Assembly: GCA_016186705.1 (NCBI GenBank)
Contig: JACPLB010000004.1
Location: 12,381-76,380 of the forward strand
Direction: 5' to 3'
Origin: Candidatus Kaiserbacteria bacterium
GTDB lineage: Bacteria; Patescibacteriota; Minisyncoccia; Phycocordibacterales; JABMNX01
Length of the DNA: 64,000 nucleotides
In this document: one piece after another, positions 63,158-64,000 of the stretch
Numbering within the stretch: position 1 is the first letter of the stretch
Layout of the letters: each line of letters begins with the position of its first letter
Made by a program: the position numbers and the translations under genes
The notes under the pieces: generated by a model
The model's input: the letters and a program-made list of their open reading frames with translations, nothing else
The model's database searches: none
What the model was told of the DNA's origin: nothing

Positions 63158-63973
63158 TTATATTCTTCTTAATTTGACTGTTTTTATGCAGTGTTCAAAA
63201 CTGCCTGTTATTTCAATCTTTAAGGGTAAAAACAGCCCTTCAGCGACAAGATTGGCGTATGTCTTGCTTGGTGTTACAAAGAGTCTTTTCGAAATTTCAT
63301 CACGAAGAAATTCTTTTCGGTCTTTTTTGTCAAGAAATGCTGGTGTCCCTACGACTTTCAACGTAAGCTCACCTACAAGTGTGTCCGAAAGAGCAATCTC
63401 TCGAGCTTCCCCGCGATAATCTTTTACATATCGGGAAAGTTCACTCATAACTCGTTCGAATTCTTCTCGGAGAAATGTCGCACCGAGAAATTTAATAAAA
63501 TCAAAGTTCTTCCGTCCGAGCAACTCAAACGTGATCGGATTCCCGCACGCGCATTTGGTATTTAGGAAGCGAACGGCGTCTCCGGTTGCATACCGGTTGA
63601 CATACACCGACGGACCGAGATGGTACGAGACAAGGAGCTCCCCGACACCGTCACTGTCGAGATTGACATTCTCGAGAGTCACCCTTCCGTGCGGGTGATA
63701 CTGATTCCTCAAAAGATAGCCGCATGGCTTCCCGGATATGCAGCCGATTTCCGCTGAAGCATAGTGATTTTCTAGTGTGGCATTTGGAAGTTTGTGTCTC
63801 AAGAAAGATTCTTGCACCTCGCTCAATGCTTCGCCAGAGAAACTTACCGCGCGTATATCACGCAATATTTTGGTATCGTGAATAAAAGAAAGCGCGCGAA
63901 CCACAAAAGAAGGAAAGCCGCACAACCCTTCCGGTTTAAAATCACGAAAAATATCATTGAGGTCGGGGCGCAA
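63158..63973 (-). CDS. PaaK/coenzyme-F390-synthetase-like adenylate-forming enzyme, C-terminal portion (N-terminus probably beyond the window edge)
   Basis: …VSFSGEAL…, …YASAEIGCIS…, C-terminal regulatory-domain-like region. The ORF approaches the window boundary, so the true start is uncertain. Confidence 0.45.
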   Translation of the reverse strand: MRPDLNDIFRDFKPEGLCGFPSFVVRALSFIHDTKILRDIRAVSFSGEALSEVQESFLRHKLPNATLENHYASAEIGCISGKPCGYLLRNQYHPHGRVTLENVNLDSDGVGELLVSYHLGPSVYVNRYATGDAVRFLNTKCACGNPITFELLGRKNFDFIKFLGATFLREEFERVMSELSRYVKDYRGEAREIALSDTLVGELTLKVVGTPAFLDKKDRKEFLRDEISKRLFVTPSKTYANLVAEGLFLPLKIEITGSFEHCIKTVKLRRI

Positions 63974-64000
63974 ATCTCGACTGTCTACGGCAAGTACCGT

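Noticed and set aside
1-64000. Looked for CRISPR arrays, rRNA genes, integrase/transposase genes and prophage boundaries
   Set aside because: No regularly spaced direct repeats with unique spacers were seen. No rRNA-like conserved segments, no recombinase or transposase ORFs and no flanking direct repeats around the AT-rich islands were recognisable by eye.

Overview
The window reads as one contiguous stretch of a small-genome bacterium with about 50% GC overall. It has compact information-processing operons, a split transketolase, a sortase, a short EF-Ts, an SMC with no evident hinge, and N-terminally truncated ThrRS and PheS. Taken together these suggest a Candidate Phyla Radiation (Patescibacteria-like) lineage; that is inference only. 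Most genes are on the minus strand and belong to core functions. In order these are: uppP and a DsbA-like oxidoreductase; the dnaG-rpoD operon; rpoB-rpoC; an rpsP/KH/trmD cluster; rnr; smc; rnc; rpmF; rnhB; dnaE; thrS; gyrB; pheS-pheT; one tRNA-Thr(UGU); tsf-rpsB; prfA; rpmE; rplY; and a sugar-phosphate block (fba, a PfkB kinase, cfa, split tkt, rpe, rpiB, gap). No rRNA, CRISPR array, integrase or transposase was found. Several accessory-looking modules stand out. (1) A complete NlpC/P60 papain-like domain with an intact Cys-His-His triad is inserted inside the B5 domain of PheT. (2) A NusB domain is fused to a NUDIX hydrolase, and two more NUDIX genes sit in an AT-rich island around an unknown basic protein and an alpha/beta hydrolase. 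(3) A cell-surface cluster holds a sortase, two lipoproteins, a CARDB-domain protein and a membrane protein whose extracellular part is encoded by tandem 15-nt (GDSGG) repeats followed by an internal sortase-like sorting signal. (4) An AT-rich island encodes a PP-loop ATPase-family protein plus a Cys-rich small protein, convergent with a tatC-tatA operon that carries its own twin-arginine small protein, a Thr/Gly-rich beta-protein and a 317-aa Gly-rich solenoid-like protein. (5) A 40-bp perfect palindrome lies between rpoD and a PD-(D/E)XK nuclease gene. (6) A GC-rich, highly structured 158-nt spacer splits the two transketolase subunit genes. (7) An AGCT-spaced motif family recurs in intergenic regions. 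Start codons were re-derived from the sequence where the ORF track began at an upstream alternative start. All product calls rest on remembered family motifs, not database searches.
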